Shown here: positions 1 to 7,633 of the stretch, piece after piece
How the letters are laid out: every line of letters begins with the position of its first letter
Numbering within the stretch: position 1 is the first letter of the stretch
Origin: a virus
Reading direction: 5' to 3' (one strand)
UHGV virus genome: UHGV-0165622
Length of the DNA stretch: 27,204 bases
Notes under the pieces: generated by a model
The model's database searches: none
Seen by the model: only the letters and a program-made list of their open reading frames with translations
What the model was told of the DNA's origin: nothing
Translations under genes and position numbers: made by a program

Positions 1-75
1 GCTGTCTCCGTATGATACCGAAGAGATGCTTGAGGCTATGCGTATTTTTCTGGAAGAACAGGAAGGTGAGCAAAA

Positions 76-390
76 ATGACGATCACAAAACAACGTGTAG
101 AAGAAATCATATCCCGTATTGAAATGTATGGGCATGGTGCCGGGTATACCGCTGATGAGGTTTATGACCTTGCTGTACTGGCGCTGAATTTATCAAATAT
201 CGCAAAACTCAAGCGATACGAGCTTGATATGGATGGTTGTGACTCGTTCGGTCAGGATTGTGGCGCTGACATGACTGAAGATTCTGATGGCGATTATGTC
301 CTGTTTGATGACGTAGTTAAGTTGTTTGAGTTTGATACATTCGAAAGCCCAGTAAAGGAGGCAGCCAGTGAGCGGAAAAAGAATGACTAA
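76..390 (+). CDS. Hypothetical phage early-region protein
   Basis: 104-aa ORF; N-terminus MTITKQRVEE resembles the N-terminus of the ORF at 1413; no recognisable domain. Confidence 0.5.
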   Translation: MTITKQRVEEIISRIEMYGHGAGYTADEVYDLAVLALNLSNIAKLKRYELDMDGCDSFGQDCGADMTEDSDGDYVLFDDVVKLFEFDTFESPVKEAASERKKND

Positions 391-592
391 CAGAGAGCTT
401 GTCGATGCCGCGATTAAGCTTGCTGGTGATTTTTATTCAATGATGGGGTACACGCATCGCCCAGGCTTCAAATATTGGGAGTCTCCTCACCCGCAAGAGC
501 AACTGGTATTTCAAATGGCCTGCCGTGCTTTTGAGGTTATTCGCGGTTCTGATGTGATGGACGCCGTTGCCGACTTGGAGGATGAAGAGTGA
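368..592 (+). CDS. Hypothetical small phage protein
   Basis: 74-aa ORF with GTG start 7 nt after an AAGGAGG Shine-Dalgarno at 354-360; stop overlaps start of next gene. Confidence 0.45.
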   Translation: MSGKRMTNRELVDAAIKLAGDFYSMMGYTHRPGFKYWESPHPQEQLVFQMACRAFEVIRGSDVMDAVADLEDEE

Positions 593-1137
593 GCGAAATT
601 AATTATCAGGCACTGCGTGATGCGGCAGAAAAGGCAACGAAAGGGAGCTACATCGTAGGGCATACATCTGTTAACCAGCACGGCAATTTAACAGGAGTTT
701 TTGTTTGCCAAAAATGGAAAGGAGAACCCGGTGGCGTGATTGCAGAATGTCATGTTAACTGCCTGGTTGAAACAGATGCTCAGGCTTACGCAAACGCTGA
801 ATTTATTGCTGCCTTTAATCCAAATGTTGCGCTGGCACTACTGGATGAACGGGAAAGAAACCAGCAATACATAAAATCCCGCGACAAGGAGAACGAGGAT
901 ATTGCGCTAACGGTAGGGAAGCTGCGCGTTGAGCTTGAAGCAGAAAAACAGCGGGCAAAAGTTCTATTTATGGAAAATGCTCGGCTTAAGTCAGGCATAG
1001 CCGGTCTGATACACCTCGGTATTCGATATGCAGATGTTGAGGTCATGAAAATTGCTGGAGATGCCCAGCTTTCTACCCCATGCACTGACAGCATCATAAA
1101 CAGCATTGCAACAGGCATTCGCATCAAAGGAGAGTGA
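589..1137 (+). CDS. Ea22-like family protein
   Basis: 182 aa; N-terminal SEINYQALRDAAEKA and central coiled-coil region typical of lambdoid Ea22-like proteins; GTG start overlapping upstream stop. Confidence 0.7.
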   Translation: MSEINYQALRDAAEKATKGSYIVGHTSVNQHGNLTGVFVCQKWKGEPGGVIAECHVNCLVETDAQAYANAEFIAAFNPNVALALLDERERNQQYIKSRDKENEDIALTVGKLRVELEAEKQRAKVLFMENARLKSGIAGLIHLGIRYADVEVMKIAGDAQLSTPCTDSIINSIATGIRIKGE

Positions 1138-1138
1138 T

Positions 1139-1402
1139 ATGGCAACTTTAACAAAAAAAGAACGGGCATGGTTGAACGAATTACAGGACGTTCTTGATCG
1201 CTGCCCATCACCGAAAAAAATTGGTTTTTACACCATTGGCGATAAAAGCATTTACCTGTATGACCTACGCCGCATGGATGAAATCATGGAGGCTCTTGAT
1301 AATCGTTCGTCGATGGATTGGTGTGTTGCTGTCCATGATATGAATGCCGGATTTGATGAAAGGATTTTGTTCCCCTCATCAGTTGAAAGCACTGCGGGTT
1401 AA
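1139..1402 (+). CDS. Hypothetical phage protein
   Basis: 87-aa ORF (MATLTKKERAWLNELQD...) with AAAGGAGAG Shine-Dalgarno just upstream. Confidence 0.5.
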   Translation: MATLTKKERAWLNELQDVLDRCPSPKKIGFYTIGDKSIYLYDLRRMDEIMEALDNRSSMDWCVAVHDMNAGFDERILFPSSVESTAG

Positions 1403-1412
1403 GGAGTAACAC

Positions 1413-1556
1413 ATGACCACTATTACCAAAGAACGTATTGAATTGTTCATTAAATTTTCAGGAGGCGGTACTGTGAGTGAAATTAGCTATCAGGCTTCAA
1501 TTACCGCTGGCATTCGCATCAAAGGAGAGGAGCATGGAAATAAAACCAGAGGATGA
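1413..1556 (+). pseudogene. Mosaic remnant ORF combining Ea22-like N- and C-terminal fragments
   Basis: 47-aa ORF: N-terminus like ORF 76, then SEISYQAS (Ea22-like N-terminus), then ITAGIRIKGE (Ea22-like C-terminus); the 21-nt string ggcattcgcatcaaaggagag is duplicated at 1114-1134 and 1509-1529. Confidence 0.35.
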
Positions 1557-1890
1557 GTTAAGCAATATCGTTTTATTTCCGGTAAAAGAGGATGACCCTC
1601 GTAATCAGGTTAATTTTCTTTATGAGCCATCGGAAAGACCATATTGTCATCACGCCTCTGTCCGGGTTGACGAAAAAGAGCGTCAGGTCCGCTGTAAAAT
1701 CTGCGGTGCAGTTGTGGAGCCATTTGACTGGATGCTCTCTGTGGCGAAAAGAGAAACCAGACTGGCAGATGATGTAAGGCACTTGCGCCAGGAGGAGCGG
1801 GAAAGGCGAAAAAATATAGAAAAGCTAATTCAGATTGAGCGTAACGCGAAAGCGCGGATACGCAGGGCGACAAAATCCAGAACTGAATAA
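1534..1890 (+). CDS. Hypothetical protein, basic C-terminus
   Basis: 118-aa ORF starting MEIKPEDEL with AAAGGAGAGGAG Shine-Dalgarno; contains C/H-rich segment CHHASVRV...RCKICGAV. Confidence 0.5.
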   Translation: MEIKPEDELSNIVLFPVKEDDPRNQVNFLYEPSERPYCHHASVRVDEKERQVRCKICGAVVEPFDWMLSVAKRETRLADDVRHLRQEERERRKNIEKLIQIERNAKARIRRATKSRTE

Positions 1891-1983
1891 TTAAATTTAG
1901 CTCTGTTAAAAATTTAATCCTTAACCGGAGGGATTTCTGCACCCTCAGAACATCAGGAGGCCGCCCGAAAGGGCGGTAGTTAA

Positions 1984-2166
1984 ATGCGAAAGTTTAAAAT
2001 AATTATTGAAACGGGAATAGCCGGTGGAGATTTCGAGGATGAATTCGAAGTGGATGATGATGCGACGCCTGATGAAATACATGACGAAGCAAAAGATATT
2101 TTCTTTAACTACTGCAATTACTCACATCACGAAATAAAAGACGAAGAGGAAGAGCAAAATGGCTGA
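1984..2166 (+). CDS. Small acidic hypothetical protein
   Basis: 60-aa ORF, strongly acidic; preceded by a hairpin (gccgcccgaaagggcggt). Confidence 0.4.
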   Translation: MRKFKIIIETGIAGGDFEDEFEVDDDATPDEIHDEAKDIFFNYCNYSHHEIKDEEEEQNG

Positions 2167-2335
2167 TTTTGGTTCAACTAAATACAACGTCAGTTTTGAA
2201 GCATGGCATGAACTGTTAATGGACTATGCAGAGTTACGTGGTGGCAGTGCTGCTGATGCTGAAGCATGGCGTGATGATTATGAAGCAGGAAAAACTCCGG
2301 TCGAAGCATATTGTGATGAGTGGGGCGATGAATGA
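2159..2335 (+). CDS. Small hypothetical protein (not in ORF track)
   Basis: 58-aa ORF MADFGSTKYNVSFEAWHELL...; start overlaps previous stop and stop overlaps next start, consistent with a coupled early operon. Confidence 0.35.
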   Translation: MADFGSTKYNVSFEAWHELLMDYAELRGGSAADAEAWRDDYEAGKTPVEAYCDEWGDE

Positions 2336-2721
2336 GCGAGATTAATTATCAGGAAGGGCATGAAACGGCAGGGCAGGCAAAACCAGTTGCATGGCGATAT
2401 CGCTACGTGAAAAAAGACGTTACAGACTTTCAGGGGAAGCCGTGGGCTGGTGACTGGAAATATGTACCGACAAAAGAGGATTGTAACGACAGGCCGAACT
2501 ATGAAATTCAGGCCTTATTCATCGGCCCGCCAGTCCCGGTGACATCAGAAGGACTGGTTAAAGCCGTGCGCTTTTATGAACAGGTAAAGCGTGAGAATCC
2601 GCCAGTCGAAACAGGAGCATGGAAGGATGCTGTTGACTGGGTGCTCAGAGAGGCCTGCTGCGCTGCCATTCTGGGTAAGCCGACAATCCACCAGCATCCG
2701 GCAATCAGGTTAGCGAATTAA
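2332..2721 (+). CDS. Ea22-like family protein (short paralogue)
   Basis: 129 aa; N-terminus MSEINYQEGHETAG parallels the Ea22-like gene at 589. Confidence 0.6.
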   Translation: MSEINYQEGHETAGQAKPVAWRYRYVKKDVTDFQGKPWAGDWKYVPTKEDCNDRPNYEIQALFIGPPVPVTSEGLVKAVRFYEQVKRENPPVETGAWKDAVDWVLREACCAAILGKPTIHQHPAIRLAN

Positions 2722-2723
2722 CA

Positions 2724-2846
2724 ATGTGGGTTAAACGACTGGTCAGTCAACTGAAAAAAGCTCAGCCGGACTGCAAATTACCGGAGAAGGCGATGGATTA
2801 CCTGAAACGAAATGGACTGATAAGCGTGGAGGATGTTTTACGATGA
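2724..2846 (+). CDS. Small hypothetical protein (40 aa, not in ORF track)
   Basis: Short ORF MWVKRLVSQLKKAQPDCKLPEKAMDYLKRNGLISVEDVLR directly after the Ea22-like stop. Confidence 0.25.
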   Translation: MWVKRLVSQLKKAQPDCKLPEKAMDYLKRNGLISVEDVLR

Positions 2847-2927
2847 ATATTTAGACTAAAGAGTTTGTAACGCTATGTAAGTGATTTTTTCTGGTTTAGA
2901 TATTTATATGTCCGGCCAAATTGAGGT

Positions 2928-3146
2928 GTGTTTAAATGTTATTGCACATTGATTGTAGGGGGAATAATGAAAAACGCATTGCAGTTTTTGTTTGTTGCGT
3001 TCTGGTTGTTCGCATCATGTATGCCCATCATCTTCACAGCAAGGTATATGGAAAAAATTGATGTTTTGATATTAATGTTTGGACATATAAATGCCCTTTT
3101 TTTAGGGGTGTTCATGGCGGTCATGTGCATTGAATACTGGCGGTAA
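2928..3146 (+). CDS. Small hydrophobic (membrane) protein, AT-rich
   Basis: 72-aa ORF with two predicted hydrophobic helices in an AT-rich stretch; true start may be the internal Met (MKNALQF). Confidence 0.3.
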   Translation: MFKCYCTLIVGGIMKNALQFLFVAFWLFASCMPIIFTARYMEKIDVLILMFGHINALFLGVFMAVMCIEYWR

Positions 3147-3229
3147 ATACAGCGAACGCCATTGGTTTAGTTGGATATTTACTGTGCCGGACAAAAACGG
3201 TTTGCGGGGAAATCTTAGTTAAGTAGAAT

Positions 3230-3408
3230 GACTGCGGGTGCTTGAGGCTATCTGTCTCAGGCATGAACACCAAAAGGCAGATAGAGAAAAGCCCCAGTTA
3301 ACATTACGCGTCCTGCAAGACGCTTAACATTAATCTGAGGCCATATCTATGCGACACATAGAGATTAGCCTCTTACGGACCGAAAGGTCAAGGAGAAGCA
3401 GGCTATGA
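3230..3408 (+). promoter_or_regulatory. hok mRNA leader with mok-like upstream ORF (3349-3408) and probable antisense Sok target region
   Basis: 20-codon upstream ORF whose TGA overlaps the hok ATG (ctATGAag); inverted repeats in the leader (tatctgtctc / gcagatagag) fit hok/sok fold-back regulation. Confidence 0.4.
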
Positions 3409-3560
3409 AGCAGCAAAAGGCGATGTTAATCGCCCTGATCGTCATCTGTTTAACCGTCATAGTGACGGCACTGGTAACGAGGAAAGACCTCTGCGAGGTA
3501 CGAATCCGAACCGGCCAGACGGAGGTCGCTGTCTTCACAGCTTACGAACCTGAGGAGTAA
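3405..3560 (+). CDS. hokD: Hok/Gef family type I toxin (small membrane-depolarising peptide)
   Basis: 51 aa, MKQQKAMLIALIVICLTVIVTALVTRKDLCEVRIRTGQTEVAVFTAYEPEE; matches the Hok/Gef signature and is closest to HokD/RelF and HokC from memory; below the 60-aa cutoff of the ORF track. Confidence 0.85.
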   Translation: MKQQKAMLIALIVICLTVIVTALVTRKDLCEVRIRTGQTEVAVFTAYEPEE

Positions 3561-3628
3561 GAGACCCGGCGGGGGAGTAATCTCCCGCCACCTCTGATGT
3601 GCCAGGCATCCTCAACGCACCCGCACTT

Positions 3629-3650
3629 AACCCGCTTCGGCGGGTTTTTG
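3629..3650 (+). terminator. Rho-independent terminator after hok
   Basis: Hairpin cccgc-ttcg-gcggg followed by a T5 run. Confidence 0.7.
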
Positions 3651-3661
3651 CATTAGTCTGG

Positions 3662-3690
3662 TTGACAAAAATAGAAAAATGCGAAAATAT
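3662..3690 (+). promoter_or_regulatory. Putative sigma70 promoter for the 3726-5460 cassette
   Basis: Perfect -35 TTGACA at 3662-3667, 17-nt spacer, weak -10-like AAATAT; AT-rich context. Confidence 0.3.
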
Positions 3691-3725
3691 GTGGTTTACG
3701 AATTCTAAAAAAAGCGAAACTTGAA

Positions 3726-4376
3726 ATGAATGAAAATCAGTTAGCTCCTTGTTGGGAATTTCAACCTTATCTTGCTGAAAACTATGTTCGCCACTTGTTG
3801 GCGGAGATCGCTAACGTACTTGAGCAGCTGTACTATCATAAGCACGCATTAGACAGCAACTGGTCTGAAGGTGTAAGGGCTTATGATTGGGTCAGAAATC
3901 ATCTTATTCAAAATGAAGATGCAATTCCTGGCCTTGAGATGATTTCCAAGGGGTTGGACTATGTAGTTGCTTTAAATAAAGTTCCGCTACAATTTACCAA
4001 AGATTGCATTAATAACCCCAAAAAGAAACATCGTCTGCGTCGAAATAAAGTAGAGTATGAGCAGCTCTCATTGTTTGGTGATGTTGAGGCTGAGCAAGAT
4101 ATTACATGGCGAGTCATAGCTGAGCCTTTTTTATCCGAAGAGGGCGATGGTGAATTAGAGTCCACACTGCCTCGTTGGGAGGTAGCTCTTGTTGGATTTA
4201 ATACTTATGGTGCTCAGATTAGTATAGTTTCTCATCAATCTACAGCATCGATGCCGCTTATGCCTCTTGATTATAACACACTCCCTGACGAAGCGGAGAT
4301 TAATAAGGTGCCTCTTCGTCGGCGTACGAAGGATAAAGATTTGGATGTGAGCAGTGATGGAACATCAGGTGAATAA
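3726..4376 (+). CDS. Unknown 216-aa protein, upstream partner of the HTH/Zn-peptidase gene (candidate toxin or effector)
   Basis: ORF with no motif I recognise; low-GC codon usage; 3' end overlaps the downstream gene by about 20 nt. Confidence 0.7.
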   Translation: MNENQLAPCWEFQPYLAENYVRHLLAEIANVLEQLYYHKHALDSNWSEGVRAYDWVRNHLIQNEDAIPGLEMISKGLDYVVALNKVPLQFTKDCINNPKKKHRLRRNKVEYEQLSLFGDVEAEQDITWRVIAEPFLSEEGDGELESTLPRWEVALVGFNTYGAQISIVSHQSTASMPLMPLDYNTLPDEAEINKVPLRRRTKDKDLDVSSDGTSGE

Positions 4377-5460
4377 CTTCACTGAGTATCGGGGTGATAA
4401 GCTCAAACTAGCGAGAATGGCTGTTGGGCTTTCTTGTGAAGAGTTAGCCGAAAAAATTGGCAAGACAAAGCAATTCGTTAGCAAACTGGAGAAGGGGTGC
4501 AGGCCATCGGAGCAATGTCTTGAGTTAATATCTTCAGCGCTTATGATTAAGTCCAGTTTTCTTTTTACTGAACGAAAATACGCTCTGGAAAGTGATGTCT
4601 GCCATTTTCGGAGTAAGAAGTCCAGGACTCAAACGCTGACTAATAGTGTATTGGCCAGGGCTGAGATTCTTAATATTATAATTTCTGCTGTTGAAGGTGA
4701 AATCGAATTTCCTGACGTTAACATACCGGAGCACCCAGGGGCTGAATTACTTACTCCGAATGATATTGAGCGAGTGGCAGAAGATTGTCGCCGTGCCTGG
4801 AATTTAGGTCTTGGCCCTATATCATCAATGGTTAAATTGGCGGAGAGTTTAGGGGTAATCGTTGCGCATGTTACGGGAGTCGATGATCGTGTTGATGCTT
4901 TTACTGTTCACAATAACAGGCCTGTTATCATCAGGAACAATGTTAAAAAAAGCATATGTAGATTTCGCTCTGATTTAGGTCATGAATTAGGGCATTTAGT
5001 AATGCATGAGGGCATAACGACAGGTGATAAACTTACGGAATCACAAGCCGATCACTTTTCGAGCGCCTTATTAGTTCCCAGGTTATCTTTCATTAAAGAA
5101 TTTCCACGAATACGAGGTAAGCAATTCGACTGGAATGCTCTGGTTGAATTTAAACTTAGATGGAAAATCAGCCTTAAAATGTGTATTTATCGAGCCAGCG
5201 CATTAGGCTTATTGACCCAGGAACAGGCAAGAACTGGCTATATGCATCTTAATTCCAGAGGGTATACGAGAGTTGAACCTGGTGATGAACTTTTGCGCCC
5301 TGAAGAACCCGGCATGCTGGCCGAGGCGATTGAAATGCTGGATGATGCAACCTGGCTAAGAATTCTTATGAAAACTGGCTTGAGCCAAGATTTAATTCGT
5401 GAGTTGTTCTCCATCAACAGACCTATTACAAATCCAAGAAATATTTTCCAGATTGTTTGA
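4354..5460 (+). CDS. HTH_XRE plus ImmA/IrrE-family (COG2856, M78-like) zinc metallopeptidase fusion protein
   Basis: N-terminal XRE helix-turn-helix (LSCEELAEKIGKTKQFVSKLEKGCRPS); HEXXH zinc motif HELGH at about 4979-4993 with downstream Glu; 368 aa; GTG/ATG start overlapping the upstream gene. Confidence 0.85.
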   Translation: MMEHQVNNFTEYRGDKLKLARMAVGLSCEELAEKIGKTKQFVSKLEKGCRPSEQCLELISSALMIKSSFLFTERKYALESDVCHFRSKKSRTQTLTNSVLARAEILNIIISAVEGEIEFPDVNIPEHPGAELLTPNDIERVAEDCRRAWNLGLGPISSMVKLAESLGVIVAHVTGVDDRVDAFTVHNNRPVIIRNNVKKSICRFRSDLGHELGHLVMHEGITTGDKLTESQADHFSSALLVPRLSFIKEFPRIRGKQFDWNALVEFKLRWKISLKMCIYRASALGLLTQEQARTGYMHLNSRGYTRVEPGDELLRPEEPGMLAEAIEMLDDATWLRILMKTGLSQDLIRELFSINRPITNPRNIFQIV

Positions 5461-5464
5461 GTAT

Positions 5465-5486
5465 ACCCGCTTCGGCGGGTTTTTTG
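5465..5486 (+). terminator. Rho-independent terminator after the cassette
   Basis: Same hairpin as at 3629-3650 (acccgcttcggcggg) followed by a T6 run. Confidence 0.7.
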
Positions 5487-5646
5487 TTTTTATTTTCAAC
5501 GTGTTTGAAGTTTTGGACGGTGCCAGAATAGAATCAAAAATACTTAAGTAGCGCGCAGGGATAAGAGGGATGGTCCCTTAAAGGGGAGAGCTAATTATCC
5601 GGAAGGATTCTGATGATGAACATCGAAGAACTGCGTAAAATTTTTT

Positions 5647-5865
5647 GTGAAGATGGCCTTCTATGCTGTGTGCGTTGAAAATGGAAATCTTGTTAGTCAT
5701 TACCGCATTATGTGTTTGCGAAAGAATGGGGCTGCGTTAATTAATTTTGTGGATGCTCGGGTCACGGACGGATTTATCTTGCGCGACGGTGAGTTTGTCA
5801 CTTCATTACAGGTATTGAAAGAGATCGGAATAAAAGCAGGCTTTTCAGCTTTTGCAGAAGAATAA
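5647..5865 (+). CDS. Rem-like small prophage protein (possibly frameshifted at its N-terminus)
   Basis: 72-aa ORF; an upstream ATG at 5613 in another frame (MMNIEELRKIF...) would join in-frame if the T6 run at 5640-5646 were T5, giving an 83-aa product. Confidence 0.5.
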   Translation: MKMAFYAVCVENGNLVSHYRIMCLRKNGAALINFVDARVTDGFILRDGEFVTSLQVLKEIGIKAGFSAFAEE

Positions 5866-5931
5866 ACTCATCTACAATCTTGCGCGGGGCTGAACTCCCG
5901 CTGAGTAACACCGTGCCACCGGAGAAAACCG

Positions 5932-6210
5932 ATGGCACGCAACGCAAAATATTACAAACATGATAATTCGACCGTTCTTGCCCACACGCACGAGCGGTAT
6001 TCTCACGCATTTAAGTCAGACTGGTACCAGCATCCCCCATGCACTGAAGAACAGGCCGAATGGCTGATTCATAACTACCGCAGACGTGGATATGAGTTTA
6101 GGAAAGCCCTCACCCTCGATTATCGTCACTGGATAATCTACGTCAGACTCCCTTATTCCGAACGCCCACCGCGTCCGTCCCGCACATTCCAGCAACGCAT
6201 CTGGAGGTAA
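5932..6210 (+). CDS. Hypothetical basic protein
   Basis: 92-aa ORF ending 1 nt before the GTG start of the DUF968 gene. Confidence 0.45.
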   Translation: MARNAKYYKHDNSTVLAHTHERYSHAFKSDWYQHPPCTEEQAEWLIHNYRRRGYEFRKALTLDYRHWIIYVRLPYSERPPRPSRTFQQRIWR

Positions 6211-6211
6211 C

Positions 6212-7261
6212 GTGCGGGTATTACTTCGACCTGTTCTGGTACCGGAACTCGGGCTGGTGATCGTTAAGCCGGGCCGTGAATCCATGCCGGTATTCCACAA
6301 TACCCGGGTACTGGTGGAGCCGGAACCGAAAAGCATGCGTAATCTGCCGTCCGGGGTCGTTCCTGCCGTTCGCCAGCCGCTGGCGGAGGATAAATCATTA
6401 CTGCCATTTTTCAGCGACGAACGAGTGATTCGTGCTGCTGGTGGCGCTGGCGCATTGTCTGACTGGTTACTGCGCCATGTTAAATCCTGCCAGTGGCCAC
6501 ACGGCGATTATCACCACAGTGAAACCGTCATTCACCGTTATGGTACCGGCGCAATGGTGTTGTGCTGGCACTGCGACAACCAGCTGCGTGACCAGACATC
6601 CGAATCACTCGAGCAACTTGCTCATCAAAACCTGTCAGCATGGATGATTGACGTCATCGGTCACGCAATAAGCGGTACGCAGGAGCGTGAATTATCTCTG
6701 GCTGAATTATCCTGGTGGGCGGTCCGCAATCAGGTGGCGGACGCGCTACCGGAAGTGGTATTACGTCGTTCGCTGGGGTTGCGTGCGGAAAAAATCCGCT
6801 CAATGTACCGTGAAAGCGACATCGTACCGGGAGAGCAGACCGCCACCAGCATACTGAAACAGCGCACAAAAAATATTGCGCCGCTGCCTCACGCCCACCA
6901 GCAACAGAACCCACCACAGGAAAAGACGGTGGTCAGCATTGCCGTTGATCCTGAGTCTCCGGAATCTTTCATGAAACGACCTAAACGTCGCCGCTGGGTT
7001 AACGAGAAATACAAACGCTGGGTGAAGACACAGCCGTGTGCGTGTTGTGGTAAGCCAGCCGACGATCCCCATCACCTGATTGGTCATGGTCAGGGCGGAA
7101 TGGGGACAAAATCTCACGATATTTTCACGCTACCGCTGTGTCGGGAGCATCACAACGAGCTTCATGCGGATCCTCTGGCGTTCGAACAAAAGCATGGTTC
7201 TCAGGTTGATTTAATTTTTCGTTTTCTTGATCACGCCTTTGCAACTGGCGTGCTTGGGTAA
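6212..7261 (+). CDS. DUF968-family prophage protein (YdfU-like) with C-terminal HNH-like Cys/His motif
   Basis: 349 aa; C-terminus CACCGKPADDPHHLIGHGQGG...LCREHHNELH resembles an HNH motif; position upstream of rusA as in Qin-type prophages. Confidence 0.7.
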   Translation: MRVLLRPVLVPELGLVIVKPGRESMPVFHNTRVLVEPEPKSMRNLPSGVVPAVRQPLAEDKSLLPFFSDERVIRAAGGAGALSDWLLRHVKSCQWPHGDYHHSETVIHRYGTGAMVLCWHCDNQLRDQTSESLEQLAHQNLSAWMIDVIGHAISGTQERELSLAELSWWAVRNQVADALPEVVLRRSLGLRAEKIRSMYRESDIVPGEQTATSILKQRTKNIAPLPHAHQQQNPPQEKTVVSIAVDPESPESFMKRPKRRRWVNEKYKRWVKTQPCACCGKPADDPHHLIGHGQGGMGTKSHDIFTLPLCREHHNELHADPLAFEQKHGSQVDLIFRFLDHAFATGVLG

Positions 7262-7273
7262 AAGAGGTGACTG

Positions 7274-7633
7274 ATGCTCATAGATTTGGTTTTACCTTAC
7301 CCGCCGACGGTGAACACTTACTGGCGACGCCGTGGCAGCACATATTTTATCTCGGAGGAGGGAAAGCGTTATCGCCGGGCTGTGGCGCTTATTGTTCGCC
7401 AGCAGCGGCTGAAATTAAGCCTGTCCGGAAGGCTGGCGATAAAGGTGATTGCAGAGCCACCGGATAAGCGTCGTCGCGACCTGGACAATATCCTGAAAGC
7501 ACCGCTGGATGCGCTGACGCATGCGGGAGTGTTAATGGACGATGAGCAGTTTGATGAAATCAATATTGTAGGTGGTCAGCCAGTATCTGGTGGACGGCTG
7601 GGTGTGAAGATTTACAAAATTGAGAGTGAGTGA
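7274..7633 (+). CDS. rusA: RusA-family Holliday junction resolvase
   Basis: 119 aa; conserved RusA residues (PPTVNTYW, RRRDLDN, DALT..GV..DD) and AAAGAGG Shine-Dalgarno. Confidence 0.85.
   Translation: MLIDLVLPYPPTVNTYWRRRGSTYFISEEGKRYRRAVALIVRQQRLKLSLSGRLAIKVIAEPPDKRRRDLDNILKAPLDALTHAGVLMDDEQFDEINIVGGQPVSGGRLGVKIYKIESE

Noticed and set aside
786-1211. 141-aa minus-strand ORF overlapping the Ea22-like gene
   Set aside because: Entirely antisense to a well-supported + strand gene with no ribosome-binding site; typical shadow ORF.
1477-1533. Upstream extension of ORF 1477-1890 (start at 1477)
   Set aside because: The extension overlaps the Ea22-like remnant; the internal ATG at 1534 has a strong Shine-Dalgarno and gives a more plausible start.
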